From contig WTGY01000005.1 of assembly GCA_011523365.1 (NCBI GenBank), positions 5,651-69,650 of the forward strand: a stretch of 64,000 bases of DNA, read 5' to 3'. The position numbers and the translations under genes are program-made. This DNA comes from Caldilineaceae bacterium (lineage in GTDB: Bacteria > Chloroflexota > Anaerolineae > Caldilineales > Caldilineaceae). Shown here one piece after another: positions 28,159 through 38,769 of this stretch; the first letter of the stretch is position 1, and the number at the start of each line of letters is the position of its first letter. The notes under the pieces are model-generated. The model did not search any database, had not been told where the DNA came from, and saw only the letters and a program-made list of their open reading frames with translations.

Positions 28159-29000
28159 TCCTAGTGACAGGCGCGGCCGGCAAGTCCGGGAGGGCTGTCC
28201 TTGATGCGCTGGCCCAGACTGGACGGCCGACGCGCGCCTGGCTGCGACGTCCCGAGCAAGTCCACGGCCTGCCTGCAGCCGATACGGTTGTCGGCGACCT
28301 GGCGGATGCGCGGTTGTGGACGGAGGCGTGCATCGGGGTGGATGCGCTCTATCTCATCTGCCCCAATATGTATCCACGCGAGCTTGAGGTCGGCCGGTTG
28401 GCGATGGAGGCTGCACGAACAGCCGGCGTCAGACGCATTGTTTACCATTCGGTACTGCACCCGCAGACAGAAGAGATGCCCCATCACTGGCAGAAGCTGC
28501 GTGTGGAAGAGGAGATTTTTCGCGGCGGCATGCCATTCACAATTCTCCAACCTTGTGCATACATGCAGAACGCGCTTGCCTACGTGGATGACATTTCGAC
28601 GAAAGGCAGGTATGTGTTACCTTACAGCGTTCAGGCTCGCTTCGCGCTCGTTGACCTGGTTGACGTTGCCCTGGCCGCTGCACGCGTGCTGACCGAATCC
28701 GGCCATGATGGAGCGATTTACGAACTGGCCGGGCCCGCGAATCTCTCCTCGGAGGAGATAGCCCAGGCTTTTTCGCACCGCTTGCAACGACCGGTTGAAG
28801 CCGTTGAAACACAACTAGAAAAGTGGGAGAGTTCGGCCAGTGCCAGCGGGATGCCCTCCGAGACGATGGAATACCTGGCCGCGATGTTTCGATATTACGA
28901 CCGCTACGGACTGATAGGCAATGGAAACGTCCTGGGCTGGTTGCTGGGCCGCCGTCCGACTTCATTTGCGCAATTCGTGACGAGGGTCGTTCCCGTTTGA
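28155..29000 (+). CDS. NmrA-like NAD(P)-binding protein
   Basis: MILVTGAAGKSGRAV Rossmann motif. ATGA overlap with the Uma2 gene. Confidence 0.8.
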   Translation: MILVTGAAGKSGRAVLDALAQTGRPTRAWLRRPEQVHGLPAADTVVGDLADARLWTEACIGVDALYLICPNMYPRELEVGRLAMEAARTAGVRRIVYHSVLHPQTEEMPHHWQKLRVEEEIFRGGMPFTILQPCAYMQNALAYVDDISTKGRYVLPYSVQARFALVDLVDVALAAARVLTESGHDGAIYELAGPANLSSEEIAQAFSHRLQRPVEAVETQLEKWESSASASGMPSETMEYLAAMFRYYDRYGLIGNGNVLGWLLGRRPTSFAQFVTRVVPV

Positions 29001-29074
29001 CGTTGCCCCTGTGACGGCCCGGCCGTCTTGCATACTGGTGTCAGGCGCAAGCGACACCTGTTGAGAGAACAGAC

Positions 29075-29917
29075 ATGCGATTCATCCTGTCCACCGGTTC
29101 CCTGTACAACTACAGCATTGACCGCGTCTTTGCCTTTGCTGCTGAGGCAGGCTTCGACGGCATCGAGATGCTCATCGATCATCGCTGGGACACTCGCCAG
29201 TCCGACTACTTGCAACACCTGATGGAAAGCCACTCGTTGTCCATCCCGGCCCTCCACAGCCCATTCAGCCGCAACTGCAGCGGCTGGGGAGAAACAGAGC
29301 ACGGCGCCATTGCCCGCACGGCAGAACTGGCCACGGAACTGCGAGCGCAGGTGGTGGTCCACCACCTCCCCATGCGTTTCGGATATGCGTTTCTGCAGAC
29401 GGCGGGGCGCAGTCTCTTGCTGCCGAATCCTTTCGATTCCGGCCGCCAGTACGCGACCTGGCTTTCTGAAGGTTACGCGGCGCTCCAAACCTCTACGGAC
29501 ATACTGCTTTGCATCGAAAACCTGCCTGCCGCCCGCTTTTTGGGCAGGCGCGTCAACCCGGCCCGTTGGAACGCGCATAGCCGCACAACACTCGACGACA
29601 TCACTCGCTTTCCTCACATAACCTTGGACACGACCCACCTGGGCACGTGGGGACTTGACCCGCTGGAGGCCTATGATCGCTGGGGGCAGCGCGTGAAGCA
29701 CGTGCATCTGAGCAACTTCGACGGCAGCGAACACCGCCGCCCCGAGGACGGCTCGCTGCGGCTCAACGCATTGCTGTCTCGCATGGCCGCGGACGGTTAC
29801 CCCTATTCCATTTCGCTGGAATTGCATCCCGACGCCCTGGAGGCGGGTGCGCCTGACAGCCGGATTGTGGACCTACTGCGTGGCAGCTTGTATTACTGCC
29901 GGAAAGCGGTCGGGTAA
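29075..29917 (+). CDS. sugar phosphate isomerase/epimerase (xylose isomerase-like TIM barrel)
   Basis: 280 aa. AAEAGFDGIEM and the HVHLSNFDG context are typical of the AP-endonuclease-2/TIM-barrel family. Confidence 0.8.
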   Translation: MRFILSTGSLYNYSIDRVFAFAAEAGFDGIEMLIDHRWDTRQSDYLQHLMESHSLSIPALHSPFSRNCSGWGETEHGAIARTAELATELRAQVVVHHLPMRFGYAFLQTAGRSLLLPNPFDSGRQYATWLSEGYAALQTSTDILLCIENLPAARFLGRRVNPARWNAHSRTTLDDITRFPHITLDTTHLGTWGLDPLEAYDRWGQRVKHVHLSNFDGSEHRRPEDGSLRLNALLSRMAADGYPYSISLELHPDALEAGAPDSRIVDLLRGSLYYCRKAVG

Positions 29918-29946
29918 ACGAAAAGAGCAGCCGTGTGGCTGCTCTT
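29916..29946. terminator. hairpin terminator between convergent genes
   Basis: Perfect 10-bp stem AAGAGCAGCC / GGCTGCTCTT with a GTGT loop. On the - strand it is followed by TTTTCGTTT. Confidence 0.55.
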
Positions 29947-29974
29947 GAAGTATCAATCGTGTCAGGTCTCGTCC

Positions 29975-30955
29975 TCATTCCATCGGGTAGCGCAGCCCCC
30001 AGTCTTCGCGCAACCCGTCCATCAGGCGCATGATAGCCAGAGACTCGTCCAGTGGCATGAGCTCGTGTTCGGTGAGGCCCTCACGCAGGCAGCGGCCGCA
30101 TTCGACGGCCTGATAGTTCCATCCATTGCCAATATAATCCGGGCGTACCGTTTCCTGCTCGTGGCCGTCGCGACGGATTGTGAACCCTGACGGGGCCCAC
30201 CAGCGGTCATGAGCGCGAATCTCGCCCTTTGTCCCGCTGATGTGCAGCGAATGGGGCGTGTTGGCGCGGACCGCAGTTGACATCACGGCAAGAGCGCCGT
30301 CCTCGTACTGGAAGAGCATGCCGGCCAACTCGTCGACGCCGGTCTCGCCCAGGTGCGCCAGCGACGCGATGCGGGCAGGGCCCCCCAGCAGGTGATGGAC
30401 CAGCGAAATCGGATATACACCGATGTCCAGCAAGGCGCCGCCGCCCAAGTCGGGGTTGAAAGCGCGGCTTCCCGGATTGACCGGGGCGCGATAGCAGAAG
30501 TCTCCCTGGAAGAGGCGGATGTCGCCGATCTGCCCGTCTTCGATGCGACGAACCATCTCGCGGATGTGAGGGAGGAAACGCGTCCACATCGCCTCCATCA
30601 GGAAAATGCCATTGGCGCGGGCGCAGTCGATCATCTCCTGTGCTTCGGCGCTATTGATGGCGAAGGGTTTCTCGCACAGCACGGCCTTGCCGGCGTTCAA
30701 GCAGCTGATTGTATTCTCTTTGTGCAAGGTGTGCGGGGTGGCGATATAGATGATGTCGACATCTGGGTCGGCGGCAAGTGCGTCGTAAGTGGGATGCCGA
30801 TTCGGGATTCCGAATCTGTCGGCAAACTCGTCTGCGGTGTGCTGCGCACGCGAACCCACGGCGACGATTTCGGCATCGGACTCGGCTGCAAGCCCGGTTG
30901 CAAAGTCTCCGGCGATGCGTCCGGTACCCAGAATACCCCATCGAATTCTGTCCAT
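29975..30955 (-). CDS. Gfo/Idh/MocA family oxidoreductase
   Basis: IRWGILGTGRIA Rossmann N-terminus and the EKP motif (LCEKPFA). Confidence 0.85.
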   Translation of the reverse strand: MDRIRWGILGTGRIAGDFATGLAAESDAEIVAVGSRAQHTADEFADRFGIPNRHPTYDALAADPDVDIIYIATPHTLHKENTISCLNAGKAVLCEKPFAINSAEAQEMIDCARANGIFLMEAMWTRFLPHIREMVRRIEDGQIGDIRLFQGDFCYRAPVNPGSRAFNPDLGGGALLDIGVYPISLVHHLLGGPARIASLAHLGETGVDELAGMLFQYEDGALAVMSTAVRANTPHSLHISGTKGEIRAHDRWWAPSGFTIRRDGHEQETVRPDYIGNGWNYQAVECGRCLREGLTEHELMPLDESLAIMRLMDGLREDWGLRYPME

Positions 30956-31158
30956 ATTCTTAGACTCCAGAGTTTTTCATGTTCGGTCGGAACAGTTCGG
31001 GAAGTTAAACACGACTCCCGCAGACTGTCAACCGCCCGGCCCTATGTTATACTGGTCGCGCTTGCAGAGGAACCCAGGAGGGCCGGAAATGATGGTGCGC
31101 GCCGGGTTCTTCCTGGTCGTAGTTTGGATGATTGTCGGACCGTAATGGAGGTAGATGC

Positions 31159-32436
31159 ATGACAGCGAAAAGCGCGTCGCGGCTTGCCATAGACGGTGGG
31201 GCGCCTGCCCGCAGCAGAAGGGATTCGTCGCTGGCCCCCGGTGGGCAGGCTATAGATGAGGCGGAAGAGCAGGCCGTTCTCGACGTATTGCGCGCAAAGC
31301 GACTGTTCCGCTTTTCGGGCCATGAAGACGGCGAATCGAAGGCGGACCGGTTTGAGCGGGCGTTTGCGTCATCGGTCGGCACAATCCATGCACTGGCGGT
31401 CACGTCCGGCACCGCGGCGTTGATAAGCGGACTGCAGGGGATTGGCATTGGGCCGGGTGACGAGGTGATTTTGCCGGCCTACACGTGGATGGCCTCGGCT
31501 ACGGCTGTCCTGGCGGTCGGAGGGATTCCGATCATTGCCGAAATCGATGAATCATTGACGCTCGACCCGGCCGATGTGGAGCGCAAGATCAGCCCGCACA
31601 CCAAGGCGATCATGCCGGTGCATATGCGCGGGGCGATGGCGCGGATGGACGCCATTCTTGAGATCGCCAAGCGTCACGGGTTGAGGGTGATCGAAGACTG
31701 TGCCCAGGGAAACGGGGCCAGCTTCCAGGGCCGCAGGCTCGGTTCTATGGGCGACGCCGGCTGCTTCAGCCTGCAGTTCAGCAAGATCATCACGACGGGT
31801 GAGGGGGGCATGGTGACGACCAGCGACCAGCAGGTCTGGCAACGGGCATTCATGTTTCACGACGTGGCCGCGTGGAACCGGCTGGAGATAGCGGACGTTG
31901 AGGTACTGTGGGGCGCCAACTTTCGGATGGCGGAGATGCCGGCGGCTATCGGCCTGGTGCAACTGGGACGACTGCAGGGCATTGTAGAAGCCGCCCGGGC
32001 AAGGAAGGCGATGTTGCTGGCCGGTATCAGTTCGACCGCCGCGAGTAGAGGTGTCACTTTTCGAGATATTCCCGATCCTGAGGGAGACAGTGCCATCACA
32101 CTGGCGATGTTCGTGGAAACGCCTGCCAAGGCCCAATCGGTCGCGCACGCTCTGAACGCTGAGAACATCTCTGCGGGCGTGCTTTACCGGCCGGAACGGC
32201 AGGATATCCACGTGTACGCACACTGGCTTCCCATTCTTTCGAAACGCACGTGGACGGAAGCCGGGGGACCCTGGCGCTGGGCTAGACGAGATATTGCCTA
32301 TTCACCGGACATGTGCCAGCGTTCGCTCGACATTCTTGCCCGATCGGTCGTACTTAATGTGGACCCCTACATGGGTAATTCGGAAGTGGAGGAGACCATT
32401 GACGGCGTTACGAAAGTGCTCGATGCTCTTGCCTAG
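31159..32436 (+). CDS. DegT/DnrJ/EryC1/StrS family PLP-dependent sugar aminotransferase
   Basis: The FSLQFSKIITTGEGG region contains the PLP-lysine. The ATG at 31159 is preceded by GGAGG. Confidence 0.85.
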   Translation: MTAKSASRLAIDGGAPARSRRDSSLAPGGQAIDEAEEQAVLDVLRAKRLFRFSGHEDGESKADRFERAFASSVGTIHALAVTSGTAALISGLQGIGIGPGDEVILPAYTWMASATAVLAVGGIPIIAEIDESLTLDPADVERKISPHTKAIMPVHMRGAMARMDAILEIAKRHGLRVIEDCAQGNGASFQGRRLGSMGDAGCFSLQFSKIITTGEGGMVTTSDQQVWQRAFMFHDVAAWNRLEIADVEVLWGANFRMAEMPAAIGLVQLGRLQGIVEAARARKAMLLAGISSTAASRGVTFRDIPDPEGDSAITLAMFVETPAKAQSVAHALNAENISAGVLYRPERQDIHVYAHWLPILSKRTWTEAGGPWRWARRDIAYSPDMCQRSLDILARSVVLNVDPYMGNSEVEETIDGVTKVLDALA

Positions 32437-32468
32437 TCCTCTAAACTGAAGTTTCCGCCCTCTTTGCC

Positions 32469-33788
32469 ATGACCAAGATTACCTTTTGTTCTGTTGTACT
32501 CGCCCTGCTTCTGGCCGGCTGCGGCCGGCTGGATGTGGGCTTTGGGCCGCTACTGCGGGACGTGACAGTGGCGCCGGATCAGATATCTCCCAACGCCGAC
32601 GGCGACACCGACGTTACCGAGATTCGCTATACCCTCAGCCGCTCCGCTTACGTCAGCATCTTTTTTGAAAATGAGGAAGGCGACCTGTTCTACTTTCGCA
32701 AGGACCGACGCCGCTCTCCCGGCAGCTACATTGTGCTGTGGGGAGGTGTGATGGATGAACCACTGATTGAGCAGATGGACGGCGGGACCAATGAAGTCCT
32801 CAGCCGTGTCTTGCCTGATGGAAAGTATCGTTGGTTCGTTCAGGCGTTGGACGACAGCGCCAACACGGAAACTGCGGACGGCACAATCACCCTGGAGAAC
32901 GGCGACACGGAAGTGCCGAGATTGGAAAGCTTTGCGGTCATGCCCACGGTATTTCGTCCCAATCTGGATGGGTTGCGGGACGACTGGGTGAGTATCTCCT
33001 ACAACCTGACTAAGGAGGTGCAGAACATTCAGGTCTACCTTGTGGACCCAGACAGGCCCAGCCTGAAGGTGCATATCGCGGAGGGGCCGAGCACTATCGA
33101 ACCTGAGGAAGCTGGCAATCACACATATAAGTATTTTGGCGGCGTGGACTTAAATGCAGAACCTCCTCCTGACGGCGATTACCTGGTGGTTGGCGAGGCA
33201 AACGACCTTGCCGGGAATCGCGTGCGAGTGACTCGGACTCTAACGATAGAAATGGGAGGCAGGCCGCGGGCTGACGTAGTTCAGGGCGAGATCGACTGGG
33301 TTAACGAAGTCAATCGAGTCGTTAGTGTACCGCTCGGTCAGAAGCTGTGCTTCAACGCCCTTGTGAAAAATGAAGGCGACGTGCCTGTCCGCACCAATGG
33401 TCCCTGGCCGGGGCAGGAGTACCACTTCCCCGAGGACTTCATCAATGAGACGTTCAACACTATCGCTTCGAGGCCAGAAAACCTGGGCAAGTACTGGTTT
33501 GAACGGCCCGGTGTGTTTCGGTTTGGACTCAATTTCAGCACAACCGGGTATCCCTATCCCTTCCGGTGGGCTATCGGACGCCAGGAGGACCTGGAAAACC
33601 TTGAAATCGAAGGTGAAAGTGCCTGGTATCTGATGCCCGGAAAATCAGGCGCGGTCAGCGGCTGCATACTTTTCGATGGGAGGCCGCCAGGTGGGAACGT
33701 TTTGTGGTGGGGCGGGTTGATTCATGAGGCTTACGGCCACCCCAATGATTTCATCGACCGTATCACCGTAAATGTTGGAACGGAGTGA
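32469..33788 (+). CDS. lipoprotein with FlgD-Ig-like repeats, function unknown
   Basis: LALLLAGCG lipobox. Two ISPNADGD / FRPNLDGL segments resemble FlgD-Ig-like domains. Confidence 0.6.
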   Translation: MTKITFCSVVLALLLAGCGRLDVGFGPLLRDVTVAPDQISPNADGDTDVTEIRYTLSRSAYVSIFFENEEGDLFYFRKDRRRSPGSYIVLWGGVMDEPLIEQMDGGTNEVLSRVLPDGKYRWFVQALDDSANTETADGTITLENGDTEVPRLESFAVMPTVFRPNLDGLRDDWVSISYNLTKEVQNIQVYLVDPDRPSLKVHIAEGPSTIEPEEAGNHTYKYFGGVDLNAEPPPDGDYLVVGEANDLAGNRVRVTRTLTIEMGGRPRADVVQGEIDWVNEVNRVVSVPLGQKLCFNALVKNEGDVPVRTNGPWPGQEYHFPEDFINETFNTIASRPENLGKYWFERPGVFRFGLNFSTTGYPYPFRWAIGRQEDLENLEIEGESAWYLMPGKSGAVSGCILFDGRPPGGNVLWWGGLIHEAYGHPNDFIDRITVNVGTE

Positions 33789-33834
33789 GCGGCGAGCCAG
33801 AAGCTTGGCGTCAGACCAACTTGAAGACAGATCT

Positions 33835-34839
33835 ATGCGCTTGGCAGTTATTGTCGTCTCATACAATGTGCGCGACCTGTTGCGCCTTTGCCTGCAGAGC
33901 GTTTTTGACTCGGCGGGGCTGAGCGTTGATTGGTTGGTCGTTGACGTAACGGTCGTCGACAACGCCAGCCAGGACGGCAGCGCGCAGATGGTGGCCGATG
34001 CGTTCCCGAACGTCAATCTCATCGCCATGAACGAAAACCTTGGCTTTACGCGCGCGAATAACTTCGCGCTCAGAGGGTTGGGTTTTGGCGCAGACAGCGA
34101 GGAACGCGCTGCCTCGGCACCCGATCTCGTTCTACTCCTGAATCCGGACACAGAGGTTGTGGACGACGCATTGGGCAAGCTGGCCTCATTCATGCGGGAC
34201 AACCCGAAGTCAGGGGTGTGCGGCCCGCGACTACATTATGGAGACGGAACGCTGCAACATGGAGGCTTTGCGTTTCCAGGACTGGCGCAAATCGCTCTCG
34301 ATCTCATACCTCTGGCGGGGCTGCCGGGCCTGAGCCGCCTGATGCATGGCCTCTTGCACAGCCGGCTGAACGGGCGGTATCCCTGGCAGCAGTGGCTGGG
34401 CGTCACGCCATTCCCGGTCGACTTTGTGCTCGGTGCTGCGCTGATGGCGCGGGGAGAGAGCATCCGAGCGGTCGGCCTACTGGATGAAGGCTACTTCATG
34501 TACTGTGAGGAGATGGACTGGTGCCTGCGTATGCGTGAGGCAGGGAAGGCGACTTATGCAGTGCCCACGGCGCAGATAGTTCACTACGAGGGCCGCAGCA
34601 GCAGCCAGGTCCGCTGGCGGTCATTCGAACGGTTGTGGGCCAGCCGTTTCCGCTTCTTCAGGATCTATGCACACCGCTATCCGCAGGGGTTTCATCTGCT
34701 TTTGCGGCCACTCGTGCGCCTAGGTTTGGCCTTGAACGGGATGGCCGCCCGCCGCCAGTTTGCCCGAGGCCTTCTAAGCGGCGATCGGTTGGGGGACCAG
34801 CTCGACGCGTATGCAAAAGTACTGAGCTTCGTCGGATAG
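33835..34839 (+). CDS. glycosyltransferase family 2
   Basis: AVIVVSYNVRDLL and DNASQDGS motifs. Confidence 0.8.
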   Translation: MRLAVIVVSYNVRDLLRLCLQSVFDSAGLSVDWLVVDVTVVDNASQDGSAQMVADAFPNVNLIAMNENLGFTRANNFALRGLGFGADSEERAASAPDLVLLLNPDTEVVDDALGKLASFMRDNPKSGVCGPRLHYGDGTLQHGGFAFPGLAQIALDLIPLAGLPGLSRLMHGLLHSRLNGRYPWQQWLGVTPFPVDFVLGAALMARGESIRAVGLLDEGYFMYCEEMDWCLRMREAGKATYAVPTAQIVHYEGRSSSQVRWRSFERLWASRFRFFRIYAHRYPQGFHLLLRPLVRLGLALNGMAARRQFARGLLSGDRLGDQLDAYAKVLSFVG

Positions 34840-34903
34840 GCACGGTAGGCGTCGTTGAGGACAGCCAGAGGAATGAGAGTCTACGCAGTGGAGGATTCTT
34901 CGG

Positions 34904-35674
34904 TTGACATTGGGTCTAACAGCAGTAATCCTCACCAAGGATGAATCTGAAAACATTGCGGACTGCATCGCCGCACTGAGGGGCTGGACAGACAAAGTCG
35001 TGGTCTGGGACTCGTGCAGTCAGGACAGGACGCGGGGCCTTGCGCAGGGGGCAGGCGCCCTTGTGGTCGCGCGTCCCTTCGACGACTACGGACGGCAGCG
35101 GCAGGCCGCGCTCGACAGCATCAACAGTGAGTGGATTCTGTTCATTGACGCGGACGAACGGGCCACGCCTGCGCTGGCACGTGAGGTCTTGCAAGCGTGC
35201 CAGGATGGGCGCCGAGCGGGCTTCTGGATTCCGCGACGAAACTTTATCGTCGGCCACGAAATGCAGGGGGGCGGGTTCTTCCCCGATTATCAGTTGCGCC
35301 TTTTGCGGAGGGGCTCTGCCCGTTACGACCTGCGCCGGGAGGTCCACGAAGTCGTCATTCTGGAGGGGGAGGACGGAGTGCTGGCAGAGCCTCTATTGCA
35401 CTACAACTACGCGAATTGGCAGCAGTTTCACCGCAAGCAGCGAACCTACGCCCGGTACGAAGCCAGGATTCTCGAGCAAGAGGGTGTTCAACCAAGGCCG
35501 CACAGCTTGATTCTTCAGCCGGTACGGGAGCTGCAGCGTCGTTTCGTCACTTTGAGGGGATGGCGGGACGGCTTACACGGGTTGCGAATCGCACTGCTAC
35601 TTGCCTGGTACTACGGTTTCATTCCCTACTGGCTGCTGATGGCTAAACCGCACACCGGGGAGGGGCAAGAGTAG
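34904..35674 (+). CDS. glycosyltransferase family 2
   Basis: TAVILTKDESENIADCI and FIDADE motifs. Confidence 0.8.
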   Translation: MTLGLTAVILTKDESENIADCIAALRGWTDKVVVWDSCSQDRTRGLAQGAGALVVARPFDDYGRQRQAALDSINSEWILFIDADERATPALAREVLQACQDGRRAGFWIPRRNFIVGHEMQGGGFFPDYQLRLLRRGSARYDLRREVHEVVILEGEDGVLAEPLLHYNYANWQQFHRKQRTYARYEARILEQEGVQPRPHSLILQPVRELQRRFVTLRGWRDGLHGLRIALLLAWYYGFIPYWLLMAKPHTGEGQE

Positions 35675-35711
35675 AGTTTCTGGCCGCGGGCCGCCAACTG
35701 TTTCCCATCAC

Positions 35712-36701
35712 TCACTTCGATTCGAACGCCTCGCGATGGGCGTCCCGCACCGCGTTGTCCTCAAGCTTTGCGTAGATGCGGGTCGTGTTGGGACTCGCGT
35801 GTCCCAGCGCTGTCTGGGTGACGGCCAGGTCGTGTGTGGTCTGGTAGATACGGGTAGCGAAATAGTGTCGGAGGGCGTGGGGGGTAATGCCCTTCGCGCC
35901 CAGGCCTGCGGCTTCGGCCAGGCGGCGGATGGTGTTTTGAATGGATTGGGTCGAGAGAGGCAGTACTTTCGAGCCGGCCCTTCTATCATGGCGGGCAAAG
36001 ACGGGCAACTCGGACAGGGGGCGACCCGTGGCGCCGTCGACCTGTTGCCTCGCCTGCAAGTAACGGTGGATCGCGTCCCAGGACCGTTCGTCGAAGTAGA
36101 CGCGCCGGACTTTGTTGCCCTTGCCGACGACCCACACTGCCCTATCCTGGTCTTCCAACTGTTTGCGTGTGATGCTGACCAGTTCCCCGACCCGCAGCCC
36201 CGTGCAGCGCAGCGTTTCCACGATAGCGATGTCTCGCAGCCTGGCAAGCCGTTCACGCGGATCATCCGGCCGGCGCAGGACGGTCTCGCGTGCTGCAGTG
36301 ACCAGGAGCTCCATCTCCTCAGGCCGTGGGGGATGGGGTATCAGCTCCGGTGGGCGTTGCGTTCTACGAACGTGCTTGATCCCTTCCTGCAGGCGCGCCA
36401 ACTCCTGCGGCGTGAACGGCAGCCAGCCCCGCACCTGCAGGTAGCTGACCCAGGCCATCATGGCGGCCAGATAGGTGGTCAATGTTCGCTGGCCGATACT
36501 GGCCGCCTCCAGGAGCCAGGTAGAAAACGCCAGGAGTCGGTCGACATCGAGGTCTTCAAGGTCCTTGACGTCCGGCGGGATCCCTTTTTCGCCCAGATAT
36601 TGGCGGAAAAGATTCATCGCGGTACGGTAGGTGCGGCGCGTATAGGCCGTACCGGTGTCCGCAGCCTCCAGATAGCTTTCGATAGTGGAAGATATCGACA
36701 T
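35712..36701 (-). CDS. tyrosine site-specific recombinase (XerC/XerD family)
   Basis: Catalytic context TGLRVGEL, GKGNKVR, HALRHYFAT, LGHAS..TRIYAKL. The ATG at 36701 avoids overlap with the upstream gene; the ORF-track start is at 36869. Confidence 0.8.
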   Translation of the reverse strand: MSISSTIESYLEAADTGTAYTRRTYRTAMNLFRQYLGEKGIPPDVKDLEDLDVDRLLAFSTWLLEAASIGQRTLTTYLAAMMAWVSYLQVRGWLPFTPQELARLQEGIKHVRRTQRPPELIPHPPRPEEMELLVTAARETVLRRPDDPRERLARLRDIAIVETLRCTGLRVGELVSITRKQLEDQDRAVWVVGKGNKVRRVYFDERSWDAIHRYLQARQQVDGATGRPLSELPVFARHDRRAGSKVLPLSTQSIQNTIRRLAEAAGLGAKGITPHALRHYFATRIYQTTHDLAVTQTALGHASPNTTRIYAKLEDNAVRDAHREAFESK

Positions 36702-36765
36702 CAGGTTGCCTGCCAAGAGGCCAGGTAGAGCTGGCCCGCCAAGTATGGTGCGGTGTCGGCTGTAG

Positions 36766-38403
36766 TTATGCTCGCCGTCCTGGACCGGAAACAATGCGAC
36801 CCGGCGTGGCTCCGGTGTGCGCGCCATCTCTGAAGACGCGTTCGCCGTTGACCCAGACATCGCGCACACCGAGGGAGAGCTGGTGCGGGTCGGTGAATGT
36901 AGCCCGGTCGCCGACTGTCTGCGGATCGAAGATCACCACGTCGGCGAAGAAGCCCTCGCGCAGCTGGCCCCGGTCAAGCAGTCCGAGCCGGTCGCAGAGT
37001 GCCGACGACATCTTGCGCACTGCGTCCTCCAGCGATATCACTTTTTCTTCGCGCACGTACTTTCCCAATACGCGGCTGTAGGTGCCGTAGGCGCGTGGAT
37101 GGTAGGGGCCGGTTGGCGCGGCCCAGGTGGGATCCAGCCCACCGGCGTCGGTGGAGATCATGATCCAGGGCTGCTGCAGCTGACGCCGCAGGTTCTCTTC
37201 ACTCATCACGAAATAGAAGGTGCTGATGCGCTGCTCTTCGGATGCAAGCAGGTCCATGGCCGCGTCAGGCCAGTCCACGCCCATTTCTGTTGCGATCTCT
37301 GAGAGGAGCTTGCCCACATACTTCTGATTTTCCTCTTTCAGGAAGCCAACTGGCATCACGCCCTGCGGTCCTACCAAGTCGGCCATTGCCTCCCAGTCAC
37401 CGGTCGGATGGAGGGCAGCTTCTTTGATCTTGGCGCGCATAGCGGTATCGCGTATGTTCTCATACAGCTTGTCGCCGGCTGCAGCCCAAGGGGGCAACAC
37501 GGAAGTCAGCCCGGTTCCTGCAGCCGGGTAGGTGTACATATCTGCAGTGACATCGATTCCATGTGACCGGGCTTCGGTAATGCGCTCCATTGCTGAGGCC
37601 ATTTTGTGCCAGTTGCGGGTTCCGGCTGCCTTCAGGTGATATATCTCTACCGGAACATCGGCATTGCGGCCGATGGAAAGCGCTTCCTCCAGCCCCTCCA
37701 TAAAGGCGTCGGCTTCCGAGCGCAGGTGGGTGATGTAGATTCCGTTGTAGGGGCGGAAGGCGCTGGCGATCTCGATGATTTCGTCGGTCGCGGCATAGCT
37801 GGAAGGCGGGTAGATCAGCGCGAAAGAGACGCCGAAGGCGCCGTCTTCCATAGCCTCGGCGGTAACCCGCTTCATCGTCGCCATCTCGTCGTCGGTGGGC
37901 GGACGCATATCCATACCCATGGCGTATTTGCGAAGCGTGCCGCCGCCGAGGAAGGAGCCGATATTGGGTGAAACGCCCTGATCAGTCATGGCCTCCAGCC
38001 AGTCGCGGAAACGGGTCCAGGAGGCCATACGGTCGGCCCATTCGGGATTCAGCAGTTGGGTGAACTGATGAACGGGCATTTCGGCGCTGTTTCTGCCGCC
38101 AACGGGGGCGGGGGTCGATCCCTCGCCCATCACTTCTGTGGTGACGCCCTGTGAGATTTTGGAGAGGCTGCGGCCGTCCACCATGAGCGACAGGATCGAG
38201 TGGCTGAGGATGTCGACAAATCCGGGACAGACTACGTGCCCGCTGGCGTCCACGACTTCGGCGCAATTCTCTGTTGGGATGGAGCCGGGTGGAGCGACTG
38301 CTGCGATGCGATCATTTGCCATGGTCACGTCACCGTAGCGCCAAGGAGAACCCGAGCCGTCAACGATGCGTGCATTTTGGATTAAAGTATTGTGTTCAGG
38401 CAT
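36766..38403 (-). CDS. N-acyl-D-amino-acid deacylase (D-aminoacylase) family amidohydrolase
   Basis: NARIVDGSG..., PGFVDILSHS and overall length (545 aa) fit D-aminoacylases. Confidence 0.85.
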   Translation of the reverse strand: MPEHNTLIQNARIVDGSGSPWRYGDVTMANDRIAAVAPPGSIPTENCAEVVDASGHVVCPGFVDILSHSILSLMVDGRSLSKISQGVTTEVMGEGSTPAPVGGRNSAEMPVHQFTQLLNPEWADRMASWTRFRDWLEAMTDQGVSPNIGSFLGGGTLRKYAMGMDMRPPTDDEMATMKRVTAEAMEDGAFGVSFALIYPPSSYAATDEIIEIASAFRPYNGIYITHLRSEADAFMEGLEEALSIGRNADVPVEIYHLKAAGTRNWHKMASAMERITEARSHGIDVTADMYTYPAAGTGLTSVLPPWAAAGDKLYENIRDTAMRAKIKEAALHPTGDWEAMADLVGPQGVMPVGFLKEENQKYVGKLLSEIATEMGVDWPDAAMDLLASEEQRISTFYFVMSEENLRRQLQQPWIMISTDAGGLDPTWAAPTGPYHPRAYGTYSRVLGKYVREEKVISLEDAVRKMSSALCDRLGLLDRGQLREGFFADVVIFDPQTVGDRATFTDPHQLSLGVRDVWVNGERVFRDGAHTGATPGRIVSGPGRRA

Positions 38404-38662
38404 GTGAATTCATCTTGAAATGTGGATAGAGGTGTTACCGGTGCATAGAAATGGTACTCGACGCCGATATATGCGTCAAGAGTTCAGGTGGTTCCGGGTG
38501 GAATGCAGATGGCAGGAAATGGCCTGCAGGTCAGCTGGTGCCATCCAGAGTTCCTTCAATGCGGACAGAGAGATAGGAACTGATGCCCCCATTGGTCTGG
38601 TGTAGGGAACGGACGAGCGGCGGGACCTCGTGGTGAGGGCCTGCTGCCTCTTGGAAACGTTG

Positions 38663-38690
38663 TAGACTGGATTTCTTGATATGATATAAT
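38663..38690 (+). promoter_or_regulatory. candidate extended -10 promoter of the S8 protease gene
   Basis: TAGACT, 16-nt spacer, TGaTATAAT (38682-38690). Confidence 0.35.
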
Positions 38691-38769
38691 CCTTGAGGCC
38701 TGTGGAACAGCGCTGAAGCGTTCGTCAGATTGTCAGAGGCGTGAGCCCAGTGCTTGCATTTTCAAACAT

